From positions 5,394,001-5,458,000 of the forward strand of contig NC_089432.1 of NCBI RefSeq assembly GCF_026210795.1: DNA of 64,000 nt, in the 5' to 3' direction. The position numbers and the translations under genes were made by a program. Under the pieces are notes generated by a model, which did no database searches, was not told where the DNA came from, and worked only from the letters and a program-made list of their open reading frames with translations. Each line of letters opens with the position of its first letter. Positions within the stretch are counted from its first letter, which is position 1. Origin of the DNA: Rhizophagus irregularis (lineage: Eukaryota). Positions 1-13,142 of the stretch are shown in pieces.

Positions 1-1254
1 AGAAGTCAAATTGAATTATAAATATAGAACCGTGCGGGCTAGGATTCGCTTGACAAAAGAAATGGAGGAAAAGTTTCTGAAAGGAGGATCCAATATAGCC
101 ATAGCAAAAAATGATCGGTACTATTTTTTTAGGATGTTTGACGCCAAAATGGACGCTACAGCAATAAAGAAAAGATAAGAATGGCAAGCTTATAAAAAGT
201 TAAATGAAGAAGAAAGTACAAAAATAGAACATGTGTTATTAAAACTTTTCAATTTAAAGTATGGTGGACATTTTTCAAAAGTAATCAAGGTAAACAAAGT
301 AAAATATATTTTGATGTACTTTAACAATGAAAGTGATCTACTTAAGGCTATATATAAGTCGACCATGGACGATGAAATGGGTAAAGGACTTCAGATGAAA
401 AGTCAAGACGAGTTAATGGACGTACAAGAAGAGATTTGGAGTGAACAGATTCAAGATGCCAACGCAAACAAATTCTAAGAATAAATTTGTTGACGCCCAA
501 TCTGATCCTCTATCAACAATACAGAGGAACATGAGGAATTTGACAATTTAAATTCTAATTTTGCTGAAAGATTAGAGGAAGTAAATAAGAGATCAAGCTT
601 GTCAGAGAAGAAAAAGAAAAGGAAAAGCGGTAGATAAAGGAGATAAAGAAGAAGAGGACAAGGACAATCTTAACAAAAATAAAAAGCGGTTAGTGACGAC
701 GCAAAAACAAAGAGAAGATTCCGATAGCGAATAAACAAATTTGTCTTTAAAAATTTTAACAAAATTTAAGGATAATGCTTAGGACGACACTTGGATTTGA
801 CTAAAAAATGACGTTTTTAAATGATTGAACTCTTTGGGCGCTTTTTGAGTATTTCCAGCAACAGTGTAGTTTTTTTGTTCATTTTTCTTAATGTAAAAAT
901 TTTTTTTATTTTTTATTTTTTGTCAAGGTTTAGTTTTTGTTTTATTCTTAGATTTACGTTTAGTGATCAATAATAATAGTGCAAAGCCTCTAAAATTAGA
1001 AAATATTAAAAAAACCAAAAACATCATAAAATTAGATTAGTTAGTAGCGTAGTGAACAATAATTTTTAGATCAAGCACAATTTAGTTAGATTTAAAAAGA
1101 AAATTTCATTTTGTTCAATTCCTTTAGTTATAGAGGGTAAATTATTTATTAATTTGCTTTCTAAGTGTTTTAGAAATTTATGTAATTTGCTCTTTGTATA
1201 AATTACTTAAATCAATAAACGCGTTACTAATTGTAAAAAAAAAAAATAAATAAA
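1..1254 (+). mobile_element. 3' part of a decayed, intronless retro-copy or non-LTR-like element (ORF remnant, long 3' UTR, A tail)
   Basis: Frame from nt 2 reads as protein (…RIRLTKEMEEKFLKGG…YFFRMFD…KKR*EWQAYKKL…KYILMYFNNESDLLKAI…) with an internal TAA at 176-178 and frameshifts after ~420. AATAAA at 1214-1219, A12 at 1235-1246, then (TAAA)2. The 5' end lies outside the window, so no TSD can be tested. Confidence 0.5.
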
Positions 1255-1302
1255 CTACATACTATTTTACAAAATCATACTATAACAAGATCAGATACAC
1301 CT

Positions 1303-1580
1303 ATATTTTATCCCGGATTAATCCATATTTTATCCCGGATCTGATTTATATTATATACATTACGAAATCAATTATTGATTTTGGCCAGTCTATTTAAAGA
1401 TGGTGATTTGTTCTGCCGAAATTAATTCATAATTTCAGCTGAATTCATAATTCCGCCCGAAATTAATTAATAATTTTAGAAGAATCCGTAATTCCAGCCA
1501 AAAATCGAAATTCAATAATTCCTGCTGGAATTAAGTGCGTAATTCTGGCCGAATTTACATATTTAATTTCAGAATTTCGG
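1303..1580. repeat. Short tandem and imperfect repeats, possible MITE remnant
   Basis: ATATTTTATCCCGGAT occurs twice (1303-1318, 1325-1340). Several imperfect CCGAAATTAATT/AATTCC units follow at 1412-1580. Confidence 0.35.
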
Positions 1581-4500
1581 AAACATCTCAAATAAAAATT
1601 TAAAGTTATAAGAGAAGTTTCTAAAATGGTCTTATAAACAAAAAAAAAATCTGATCACATGACTTAGAAACATGTGATATAATCCAAGGAATCAAATCCA
1701 GATCAAATCAAATTAAAATTTTAAAATCCTGACTCAATAAATAATAATAAATCGTTTTAATTTATCATTTTAATTCGTTCCTCATACATACCAGTAGAAT
1801 ATTTATTACATAAATATACAATTATTTAATTATTAATTGCATCGACTCAAGAAATAATACAAACAAATATTTGAATTCATTTGTCCGAGGCATAATAATT
1901 AAAAATTTTTGAAGTTAATAAACTACATCATAGATAAGATTTCTATCATAATTTGTAACAAATTTAAACATTATTTAATATTTTACATGGTGTTTAAGTA
2001 TACATTCCAGCCGCTGAACTTAATTCAAACTTTTTGGTCTATATATAAGAAAAGTTTTATAGTTCTCCCTATAAAGAGTTCAATTTTGTCATACATAAAT
2101 TTGTGATAATTAAAATACAAAACACTTTAAATGAGGTTTAAAATTTTATATGAAATTACCTAAAAACTTTTCAAATCGACAAAAAATATCCTTTTCCAAT
2201 ATCGTAATGAATGATTATGAATTACCACAAAATGATCTAAGTCTCACTAAGAAATATAATAATTGAATAAAATACAAAGTCATTTTTCATTATATATAAC
2301 CTTATATTTCAAGTTCGAAAATTAGTATTGGATTTAAGGTAAATTGAAAAGTGGAAATTTATTTTATTTGACAAAAGTTGAATATATATAAAAATATTTA
2401 TGCGATACAATACCAAATAATCAACTATAATTAAATATTTCAAATGAAATACTTTATTCGAGTGCTATCCTGTTCCACTCGATTTTCTATTGTTTTGTTC
2501 GCATTATTATTGGTTTAAATTATTAATTCCATGAGAATTAAAAAAAAAATGAAAATTTTAAAATTTAATTTTGATCATTCTGGTACTTTTCAAGTTCTCT
2601 CCTTTTTTCGCTAACTAATGATACAAGTGCTCTACAAAATTTACAAACTTTTTAGTCACTATCACCTCATACCATATGAGTATTTACCACCCTGTTAATT
2701 ATGCCTAAGTATGCGAAAGTATATTTTTTATATGAAAATTTTGCAACGACTCATTACAGCACTACAACACTATGCCTTTAAACTTTAATAGTTTAATATC
2801 ACATATCAATAATTGTCGTCAGCGTCGCGTAATAATTTTTACTTTTACGCGTTAATGTCGCATAGCTTTGACACGGACAAATTTTAAGGAATTTCACATT
2901 TTGTAATTATATAAATATTTATTATATTTATTATAGTTTTATACGTAGAAACTTGTTTAGAAACCATCTGTTTTAAACCTAAAGATTTTATTTAGTTTTT
3001 CTAAATTCCCATTTAATTAAATTTGGATACTAGCTTATATTTTCATTTAGCAATCAAATGCAGAAAATTTGGTAAATGTGCTATACGGGCGGTGTAATGA
3101 TTATTATAATGTTATTAAGGTTTCAGATAATCAATGATATTCAATTTCTAATATTAATGTAACAAATAACTTCGAAATTGATAATTATGAAATATTTCAA
3201 GTTTTTTTTTTTTAAAAAAAAATATATTACTTCATTTTTGTTAAATTTAAAAAATGTTTTTTCGCATCTTTTAACTTTTATCGAGAAAACATTGAGATAT
3301 AAACAAGAGAAGAACACTTTTAATGAACTAAAAACATTATTTGTAACCTCTCATTAGATAGGACGGAATCGAAGACTAACATTCCTATCTATTTCGGAAC
3401 GAAAGAGACACAAATTATCTAGTAGATCTTCGTCAGTTTAAAAACACTTGATAAGCTACCAGGATCATCAGCAGTCGATTGGCACGGAACGTCAAAATAC
3501 GGTATAATAATTTTCCTTGAAATTACACAAATAGATTCTTTTTATTCATTAAGTAATGGTTCTTCAACTAAATTTTCTGCCACCTCCGTAAAATTTCATT
3601 CTCCAAGTTGAGTTTCTTCATGCTATAATCAGAGCTCAATATAACAATATTTGGTATACTGTCTGGTATATTAAAAAAACTCGATATAACGATAGAATTT
3701 TACTTTCCCATTATAGATGTTTTTCAAAGATTTCAAATACTAATCCCAACATATTTTTATATCGGAGTTTGACCATATACTGTACACTTGAGCACTTGAT
3801 GATATTGGAAGAAGTCATCCTGGTAACGCTCTTGAGCCACCATATATATATCTTACAAGAGAGAAAAGAGAGATTATATAAAAGGGAGAAAGTCTTTCAG
3901 TTAGGAAACATCTACGACGTAATTACAATGATGATGAAATTCAAAACAATATGCTTCTCTGAAGGATAATAGGTTAACAGGGATAAATCGATAAAAATTT
4001 TTCATAAATTTTGAAAAAGGAGAAAGACGCGCTTTATTTTGTGCAATACGAACAAAGATAGAAGTAGCGTTTATCCGTTTAAAATTCGGATATCCATCAT
4101 CCGTCAGATTACTCAGATACCGCCGAAATTAAGCACCTCACGTTTAATATAATAACCAAAAATAAGCACCTTTTGATGATATCTCGATCGATATTCATTC
4201 AAAAATTATGAAATTTATACCATCGATAGAAATTTGGACATTAAGAGTTAACATATACTCGAAATTAAGAAATACGGTAAATTAGGTTTTGTTGACGGAT
4301 CGGATGACGGACTGAGATCGGGTTAAGTCGGATCATCTGTCAGTTCCTATAGTGAAAAAATTTATATTATCGTTCTTGCAAACATAAAGAGGAATTAACT
4401 AAATTTAGTTAGACGAATCATCTGTCGATTTTTCTTGACGAATAATCACATGTTGTTCGGATCGCGAATAATGGATGATCCACGAATTGAAAAACTAGAT

Positions 4501-5120
4501 AAAAATTGATTAAAATTTACAATAAATGAGATCAAAAGTTTGATTAATGAAATATTTACGTTGATAGGGTAAAACATATAAGAATATTATTCCGATGCGC
4601 CAATAACTTCATATATTACATGCACAAACAGTTAAATAATAATGCATGAAAGTATTTAAATATTTAGATTTATAATCGATTCTTACTAATGTATTACAAA
4701 TTACAATATCGCAAGTACAATGTTAAAATTTCTTAAATATTATATAAAATAGGAAATATAAAATGGGGAAAAAAGTTGCATATTACGGAAATTGTAGATA
4801 ATTGATATGTTCAATATCTATATAAGCCTTAGCTGTGGGAATATTTTATTTTGTAGATCATGTAAAATCATGTTATATTAGATTATCAATAAACAAAATC
4901 AGAGGTCATATGAGAAAATCATGTGCATATAAGGAATGAACAAACAACACTTTACGTTTGTTTATCTGTTAATTTTGTTTGTTTGTTTCTAACTTTTATA
5001 TTGAAAATGGATAAATTATTTTATTTTATATATTTCGTTTTTAACCTACCAAATTTATACATATGTTTATTTTTTTTATAAAATTTTTTTTTTTTTTTTT
5101 TTTTTGAAAAAAAAAATATA

Positions 5121-5146
5121 TATGTATGTATGTATGTATGTATGTG
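5121..5146. repeat. (TATG)n microsatellite upstream of Argonaute
   Basis: About six TATG units seen directly. Confidence 0.85.
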
Positions 5147-5499
5147 TATCTATCTGATTATTATATATTAGGTCGGATTTTTTTTTACAAAAAAAAGTTT
5201 TTACCAAATTAGAAAACAATAGCACGAGCCTTACAACAAATCACATTTTCACGCACCAAAAAAAAAAATATTCCAGTTAAACTTGTATAATAAAATAAAT
5301 AAAGTATACATAAATGAGTATTTCAACAACAAACCCCTAACATTAATTGTATATAGAAAAATCGATTATCATCAAAAAAAAAAAAAAAAAATTATACGAC
5401 TCCTGAATTTCGATCTCTTTTCTTTATTCCAAGTATCAAAAAAAAAGAGATAAAAAAAGTAATTTTCTTGTTATTATTCTCTTCATTAATTTTTGTAAT

Positions 5500-8400
5500 A
5501 TGGAAGAAGCAACTTTTCAAATTACTCAGTTCGTATTAAGGCCAGACATTGGTGATGAAGGAAGTAACATAAGAGTTCGAACAAACTTCTTTGAAGTTAC
5601 TAATATGCAAGATACGAATATCTCACATTACGATGTAACGATAACACCTACGGTCCCTAAGCGATTAAATTGGAAGGTATTTAACCGTTTTGTGGAGCAA
5701 TACCGAGAAGAAGCCCTTGGAGGTGCAAGACCGGTATTTGATGGTATGTATTCAATAACAAAAGAAAAGGAAAAAAAAATATTTTTTTTTTGTTACACAA
5801 ATATCCAAAAATCGAATAAAAAAAACGAATCGGTATTATATAATTTTACAATATAATTTCGACATGATATCAATATTTTATTATATAATCTCTTTTTTTT
5901 CTTAGAATTATCAATATCGTATGATGTCTAAATATATGCCTGTGTTTAAAAAGAGGAAATTAATACTAACTAATCGCAAATTTTGGTAGGAAGAACAAAT
6001 ATGTTTGTACACAGGCAATTGCAATTTGAATCCGCTACTTTTGACGTAAATATCTTTATTTTTTTTTACCTTTTTTTTGACGTTTTGGCATTAAAAAAAA
6101 ATTGTTTACCGAGTTTAATTATTAAAATTAGGTGGAGTTAGAGGAAGAAGACGTGCCCGTGTCTAGAACACGTCCACCACGAAATTTTAAAATTAAAATA
6201 AGACAAACTAGAAATATTGTCATGAGAGATCTATTCCAATTTTTACAAGCAAGAGGCAGTTTGACAAGCAATTGTCAAATGGGTAAGTTTTTTTTTTTCT
6301 TTTCTTTTTTTTTTAACAAGAATGAATCTAATAATATCATATTTATGTAATAAGCAATAATGGCAATGGATATTATTATTAGTCACAAGATTTCTACAAT
6401 ATATCCTACTGTAAATAGATCATTTTACACTCCGAGAATTACTCATCCCCTCTCTGGGGGTATTGAGGTTTGTCAGGGGTATTACCAATCAGCGCGTCCC
6501 ACGAGAGGGAGAATGATGATAAACGTAGACTTAAGTGCTACTGCTTTCTATGAAAGTGGTCCACTTGTTCAGATAGTTGCAAACATATTGGATCGTACAT
6601 ATAATGAACTGTATGGAGGTATTTCAGAAAATGACCGTCAAAAACTTGAGTGGATTATGGAAGGTCTTAGAATAAGAGATAATCATAGATCGGGAAATAG
6701 ACGAAAATTTAAGGTTGAGGGATTGACTCAAACTCCAGCTTCTCGCACTATGTTTGATAGAGGTGATGGTAGTATCATCGATGTGAGAACTTATTTTCAA
6801 AATGCTTACAATAGACCTTTAGTATATCCATTACTTCCTTGTGTTATCGTAAGGAGAAACGTTTATCTTCCGATAGAAGTCTGTGATGTAATTCCGGTAA
6901 ATTGTATATTCTTATATTCCTAGCGATATCATATTTACTATGAGAAAATATTTAAAAAATTATTTCGTATAACAGGAACAACGCTATATGCGGAAATTGA
7001 ATGATGAGCAGATAGCTAATATGATGAATTTTACTCGTCAAAATCCGACCATTCGGGCAAATAAAATTCAGGAAGGTCTCAATATATTAAATTACCGAAG
7101 AAATGAATACCTTCAACAATTCGGGATGAGTATATCAACTGATATGACTGTGGTAAGTTTGAAATTTTATTATTGCATTATAGAAATAAATTTATAATTG
7201 AATAATTACAAAAATACGATCTTAATTTTACAGGTGAACGCTAGGATTCTCCCCACTCCAACCATTGAGTATCACCCGACATCAAGGGAGTATCGTATCC
7301 AGCCGAAAGATGGAGTATGGAATTTACGAGATAAAAAAGTAGCAACTGGTGCCACCCTCGGTTCATGGTCAGTTTTGGCTTTTGAAAATGATACCAGATT
7401 ACCTGATCATGTTATTTACACATTCGTAAGAGAATTGGTTAGTACGTGTCAAGATACGGGAATGGTAAGTTTAATGATACAAACCCATTTTTGTATGAAT
7501 TATTCGGCTTTTTTTTTAACTGATACTATTTCAATCATCTATTTTTAACAGAATATTCCAAATAGGAATCCTCCCATATTACGCGCAAATATTCAAGGAA
7601 CTACTGAGGAATCGTTAAAACTAGCCTGGCTGAGGGCTGGTAATACGGCGAAAGCTCAACCACAGCTTATTCTTTGTGTTCTCCCGAACAGGGGACTGCA
7701 ATTATATGCCGAAATTAAGCGTGTTAGCGACACAGTTATTGGTGTCGCAACACAGTGTATCCAAAGCATACACATGAGAAACCCGAAAAAACAATATTGT
7801 GCGAGTGTTTGTTTAAAGTTGAACGTTAAACTTGGAGGAATGAATTCATTTCTCATTCCCGAACATATTCATTTTGTAACAGAAAGGCCCACTATTTTGA
7901 TAGGCGCAGACGTATCTCATCCTGCACCTGGTAAATTATATTTATTTATTTATTTTTTTTTTCATACGAATTATTTTTAATATATCTTTGTTTCTCATAT
8001 TTCTTCAGGCGATAACCAAAGTCCATCTTTTGCTGCTCTTTGTGCTTCAATGGACGCTAAGGCATCGCGATATGCAGCGTCAATTAGAGTTCAAGCCAGG
8101 CGTTACGAAATAATTGCAGATTTAGCAAATATGGTTAAAGAATTGTTAAAAATATTTTATCAGACTTGTGGAAGAAAGCCTGAAAGAATTTTATTTTACC
8201 GAGATGGCGTTTCGGAGGGCCAGTTTAACAGTGTGCTACAAATTGAAATAAACGCTGTTAGAGGTACTTATTATATATCAATTCTCGATTTATTCATATT
8301 TATTTATTTATTTTTTTTTTGATCAATTTTTAATTGCCACAGCCGCGTGTCAAGCTCTTGAAGCTAGGTATAGACCTACTATCACATTTGTTGTGGTGCA

Positions 8401-9093
8401 GAAGAGACATCATGCACGATTTTTTCCGATGGAAAGGCAATATACCGATAGAACCGGAAATTGTTTTCCTGGTACCGTTGTCGATGTTGGCATTACACAT
8501 CCATTTGAATTTGACTTTTGTAAGTAGCCGAATTTACATTAAAATATAAATTTTGTAACATTCCTCAATGACTTTAAATCCTTGATAGATTTACTAAGTC
8601 ATCCTGGACTACTGGGAACGTCCCGACCAACGCATTATCACGTTTTATTTGACGAAAACGGATTTAACGCAAATTCGTAAGTTAATTTAATTCAATTTAA
8701 TTTAATAAAGAATATATATAAATAATTTATGTATTTATTAATTTAGGTTACAAACATTATCTTATAACCTCTGTTATATATATGTGCGTTGTACGCGTGC
8801 GGTATCTTTGGTAAGATTTTATAATATATTTGTTATCGATGTATGTCGTGTATGATAATAATTGTATTTATATTCAAATAGGTACCTCCGGTATATTACG
8901 CTCACATAGTTTCTAATAGGGCAAAATTCCACTTAAACAGCGAGTCGGGTGACGATGTCACATTCGGGGTGGTAAAGCAAGAACTACAAAGGGTAAATTA
9001 TAAATAAATAATGATATCTCAAAATGTGCATTATTCTCAATTGTCTCATTCTAAAATAAATTCTTTTTTTTTTAGGTCATGTACTTCGCTTAG
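5500..9093 (+). CDS. AGO: Argonaute (N-L1-PAZ-L2-MID-PIWI), 13 exons
   Basis: Exons traced by GT-AG: 5500-5743, 5990-6045, 6132-6282, 6355-6896, 6976-7152, 7234-7464, 7552-7930, 8009-8263, 8343-8519, 8589-8676, 8747-8810, 8882-8992, 9076-9093; they join in frame. Motifs: [83 protein letters not shown]-terminal VMYFA*. Confidence 0.96.
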
Positions 9094-10160
9094 CAACTTC
9101 ATTTATGTGAAACAAAGTTATCAGGAACGATAATAAAGAAAAATTATAATAAAAATCTTTATCAAAAAATACGTTCTATATTTAGTACCAAATTGTTTTT
9201 TTAATTTTACCTATTGATTTATTCGGTTTAAAATGATACTTTATATTATTTAAAAGGTATTTTTTTTTTTATTTGATAAAAATTTATGCTGATAAATTAT
9301 ATATTGTATTATCAGATTATTTCCTATTTCCTTTGCGTATGTAGTAGTATTTTACTCGTGTTGAATGATAGTTTATTAATATTAATATCGTTTGTATGTA
9401 AGCACGAATTAAATAAAACATAATGATTCGCTTTCTTTACCCGAACATCAAACAAAAATATCAAACGAAAATTTATAGACTTTAAAAGGTTTCATTTGTT
9501 CATTAGTATTTAGGATTGGAAAACATGTACCAAAAGTTAGCTAATATAAGAAAAGAATTGAAAAATTAGTGTGTGAGTTTTATTTGGTAACAATATTACA
9601 GAGCACCGAAGGTCGTTATAAAAATGTAATAATTTGTAGTTATCGAAAGAGGTGTAGATACTAAAAATTGTAATTATCAGGTAATTATTTATAATATAAA
9701 ACTTTTAATAAATGAAAGGTATCATCACAAAGACTTTCAAAATTCAAAAAAAAACCATTTAATTTATTGTCAGAAGGACATTCTATTGCTATGTACTAGA
9801 CGATTTTGATCTGTAACCTATGCAATAATCCACTTACGTCTGACATAAATTTATAAATTTCAAAAAATTTTTTTTTTCGAAGTTAACGTCTATTTTAAAA
9901 TAGTAAATGATGAATTGATTAGCCAAGAACTGATTATGTTCATTAGTATCAGTTCGGAACATATCCATACGGATATAATATTATAAGAAATATGAACAAA
10001 TATTATTCAAAATAATTACATAAATTTAACTAAAAGATTAGTTTTTTTACACAATAATATTTTAAGATATATGAATCAATCTTCTAAAAAGATGTTTATA
10101 TATTCAAATAATGTATTTATTAATAATAATATATTAGATCGATTACGGTTACAAATAAAT

Positions 10161-12152
10161 TTACTTTTTTTTTGTTAATTTTTCTATCTCATTTTGAGCA
10201 TATTCATATCCTTGTTCAGCAGATTTTCTATACCAATAAATTGCTTTATTTACGTCTTTTTCAACACCAATTCCCTTTTTGTAAGAATAACCAAGATTAT
10301 ACATAGCTATTATATTACCATTACCTGCGGCTTTTTCATACCAATGAAAAGCAATTTTTAAATCTTTTTTAATACCCGCTCCGTTAGAATAACAATAACC
10401 AATAATACATTGGCTTGCTGCTAAATTACTATTAGCTGTTCTTTCAAAATATTGAAAAGCTAATTTTACATTTTTTGTAGTTCCACATCCATAAAAATAA
10501 CACCTACCAACAAAATGTTGAGCTAAAATATGTCCTCGTTCCGATACATTAGTAAATAAATTAAATGCTTTATTGTGATCTTTAACTGTACCAATTCCGC
10601 GAAAATTAAAATATCCAAGTAAGAAAATCGAATTTAAATTGTAATCTTGATTATTATCAACAAATTACAAATTACTTGTGAATTTATATTTTGATTATTA
10701 ATAAAATCAGTAACTTTCTGTATTAAACTACATCAAGTATAAATTCTGTAATATTATCAACCTTTATGCTTATGTAAAATATTTTGGATAATAATTTGAT
10801 TACTTGTTGATATCATGGGTTCTATTATTTCCTTTGTATTCATATTATTAAAACCTATAATCATTCGAGATAATTCTCCACGTGATGATACTTCAATACT
10901 TTTCAAATCTTTTTTTTTTTATCTGTTATCTTGTCAATATTCTCATTTTGTTGATAAATTGGTATATTTGTTAATGAACTGATTGTATTTAATCTTTCAA
11001 CGGCTTCTTGAATAGATGGCCGATTATTTGGGTTGTCATCCCAACATTCTAAAGAAAAAAATTAAATTAAATTTTCAATTATAATACCATTATTATAAGT
11101 AATATTCTTATAAGTAAATATTAAGTATTAACTTACCAGTATAAAGCTTAACATATTCAATGGGGGTATCTGGAATAGTAAGTCCTTGCATAATTTGCAC
11201 AGCTAAACAGCCATCATATGACTCTCCTACATAAAAAGGTAGTTTACAACTGATATCTCCACAAAAGTACGCCTACACCGTATATGTCGCTCTTCTTGTT
11301 TAAAGAAAATGATTTATTGCCGAATTTTTTTGGATCCATGGAAACTACACCAAATAATTCTTTTTTCTTTTTAGTTGATGCTTCGATTCTCTTTGACAAT
11401 CAAAAATACGCCAATTTAATAGTATCTTGATTAACTAATACATTATTAGAGTGCTATAATAAGAAAATAAAATTATGTTAAAGTAAATTATGTAATATTA
11501 TTTTATCAATTAAATAAATTACCAAATCACGATGTATTATGCCTTGATCATGCAAGCATGATACGGCACTAGCCAGCTGGTAAGCAAGTTTAAGTATATT
11601 TTCCCATGTAAGTTTCTCAAAATTCTTTTTCAAATAATTGCTAAGAGAACCACCGTCAGCGTACTCCATCACTAAAAGATATTTCTTAGTGTCGTTACTT
11701 TGATTTTCTAAATAAACAAAGAATTTATCACCTTCAATTGATTGCATTGTAATACAACACATTATTTTTGATATTTATTTACCTTGATCTGAAATAGTAA
11801 CTCCATAAAAGCTAATAACGTTATTATGGAAAGCAACTTCACGTTGTAGCTCAATCTAGATAAATTATACGAAAATAAATTTAAACAGAAATAACACATA
11901 AATGGTTTTATAATTTAAATATTTTATATTAACCTCATGAACAAGTTCTTTAATTGCGTCTTCGTCTATATTATGAAGAGATTTCAATGCAAAATATTGA
12001 TATGAATTTTTCCATTTTGCACGATATACTTTTCCAAAACTAACGAAACCAATCACTTGAATATTTTTAAAATATTCGTACTCATAATGTTTAATATGCT
12101 TTTTAGTAACGGCTTCATCAAGCCACTTTGACCATTCATTCATTTCAGACAT
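10161..12152 (-). pseudogene. Tyrosine-kinase-like protein kinase with C-terminal Sel1/TPR-like repeats, disrupted
   Basis: FGKVYRAKW, ALKS, MEYADGGSL, IIHRDL are present. The DFG loop reads IKLAYF*LSK (TGA, plus-strand 11400-11402) and there is a frameshift in SDIYGVGVLLW(E)IS. Sel1-like units (AFHWYEKAAGNGN…AMYNLGYSYKKGIG…WYRKSAEQG) lie at ~10170-10620. Confidence 0.88.
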
Positions 12153-13142
12153 TTTATATATATTGCTATGGAAATGTTATATTTATTCGAGTACGAAAAA
12201 AAGAAATAAATAATTCGTTTTATTAAATTAGCAATTTACGCGCATGATACACAAAAATAATATCATGTGACATTAATCACGTGTAACTAATTCAATTCTC
12301 AGCCAATCATTTTGCTGCGCCGCGGAGTCGCGTTTCTTATTAATTTTATTAAGTTTCTAAAAAGTACAAGTGGATTTATGGCAAATCAGTTTTTTTCTTA
12401 TTATTGATTTTATTATTTAATTATTTTTAGATCACTTCTTTGGCTGAATTGGTTAGTCTACTAGGATAAAAAATATTTTTATTTTATTAATCAGTAAATA
12501 ATGAAAATAATATGGAATAAAAAAGTATGGAAATAAATTTTTTATAGGGATTATTTACAGTAGTATATTAAACAGTGTATTCAATATTTTGAGAAGAGTT
12601 ATCACTATTTAACAATTATGAAAAATATTACCTGTTCTGAAGCATAATGAAATTGAAAAAAAGATGGAAATTTATTCTAACATTTTATCTTCATTATTCA
12701 ATGCTATTCTTGAGTATAATTATTATAGAATATCTTTTTCGATTTATTTTCTTTAGTATTTTTTGTTATAGTATCTTTACCTTTTTAAAATAGTAATTTT
12801 TTTTTTAAAAAAAAAAAGGTGAGGAGTGGTTAGGGATAGGCTGATGAGGATATATACTGGTAAATTATTTTTCAAAAAGTTGTTTGTGAAATTATGATAT
12901 ACTATTTCTCGCATAAAGTAAAATAATAATAATAATAATGCTTTTAGATGTCATAATAATAACTGTTATGACTTATGGTGGCAGAATATGAATTTATATA
13001 GTATGTTATTAATCACTAGTTTATACTACTTAAAATTTGATATTCTTAAAGTATAAAAACATCAAAAGTTTAAAATTTTCTTTATTTTTTAAAAACTCTT
13101 TTTATTTATCTTATGTAAACAAATAATATATTGTTACTACTC

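Noticed and set aside
3240..4450. Possible decayed gene and TCCGTC/GACGGA-rich MITE remnant
   Set aside because: No recognisable protein motif; TIR and TSD ends could not be defined.
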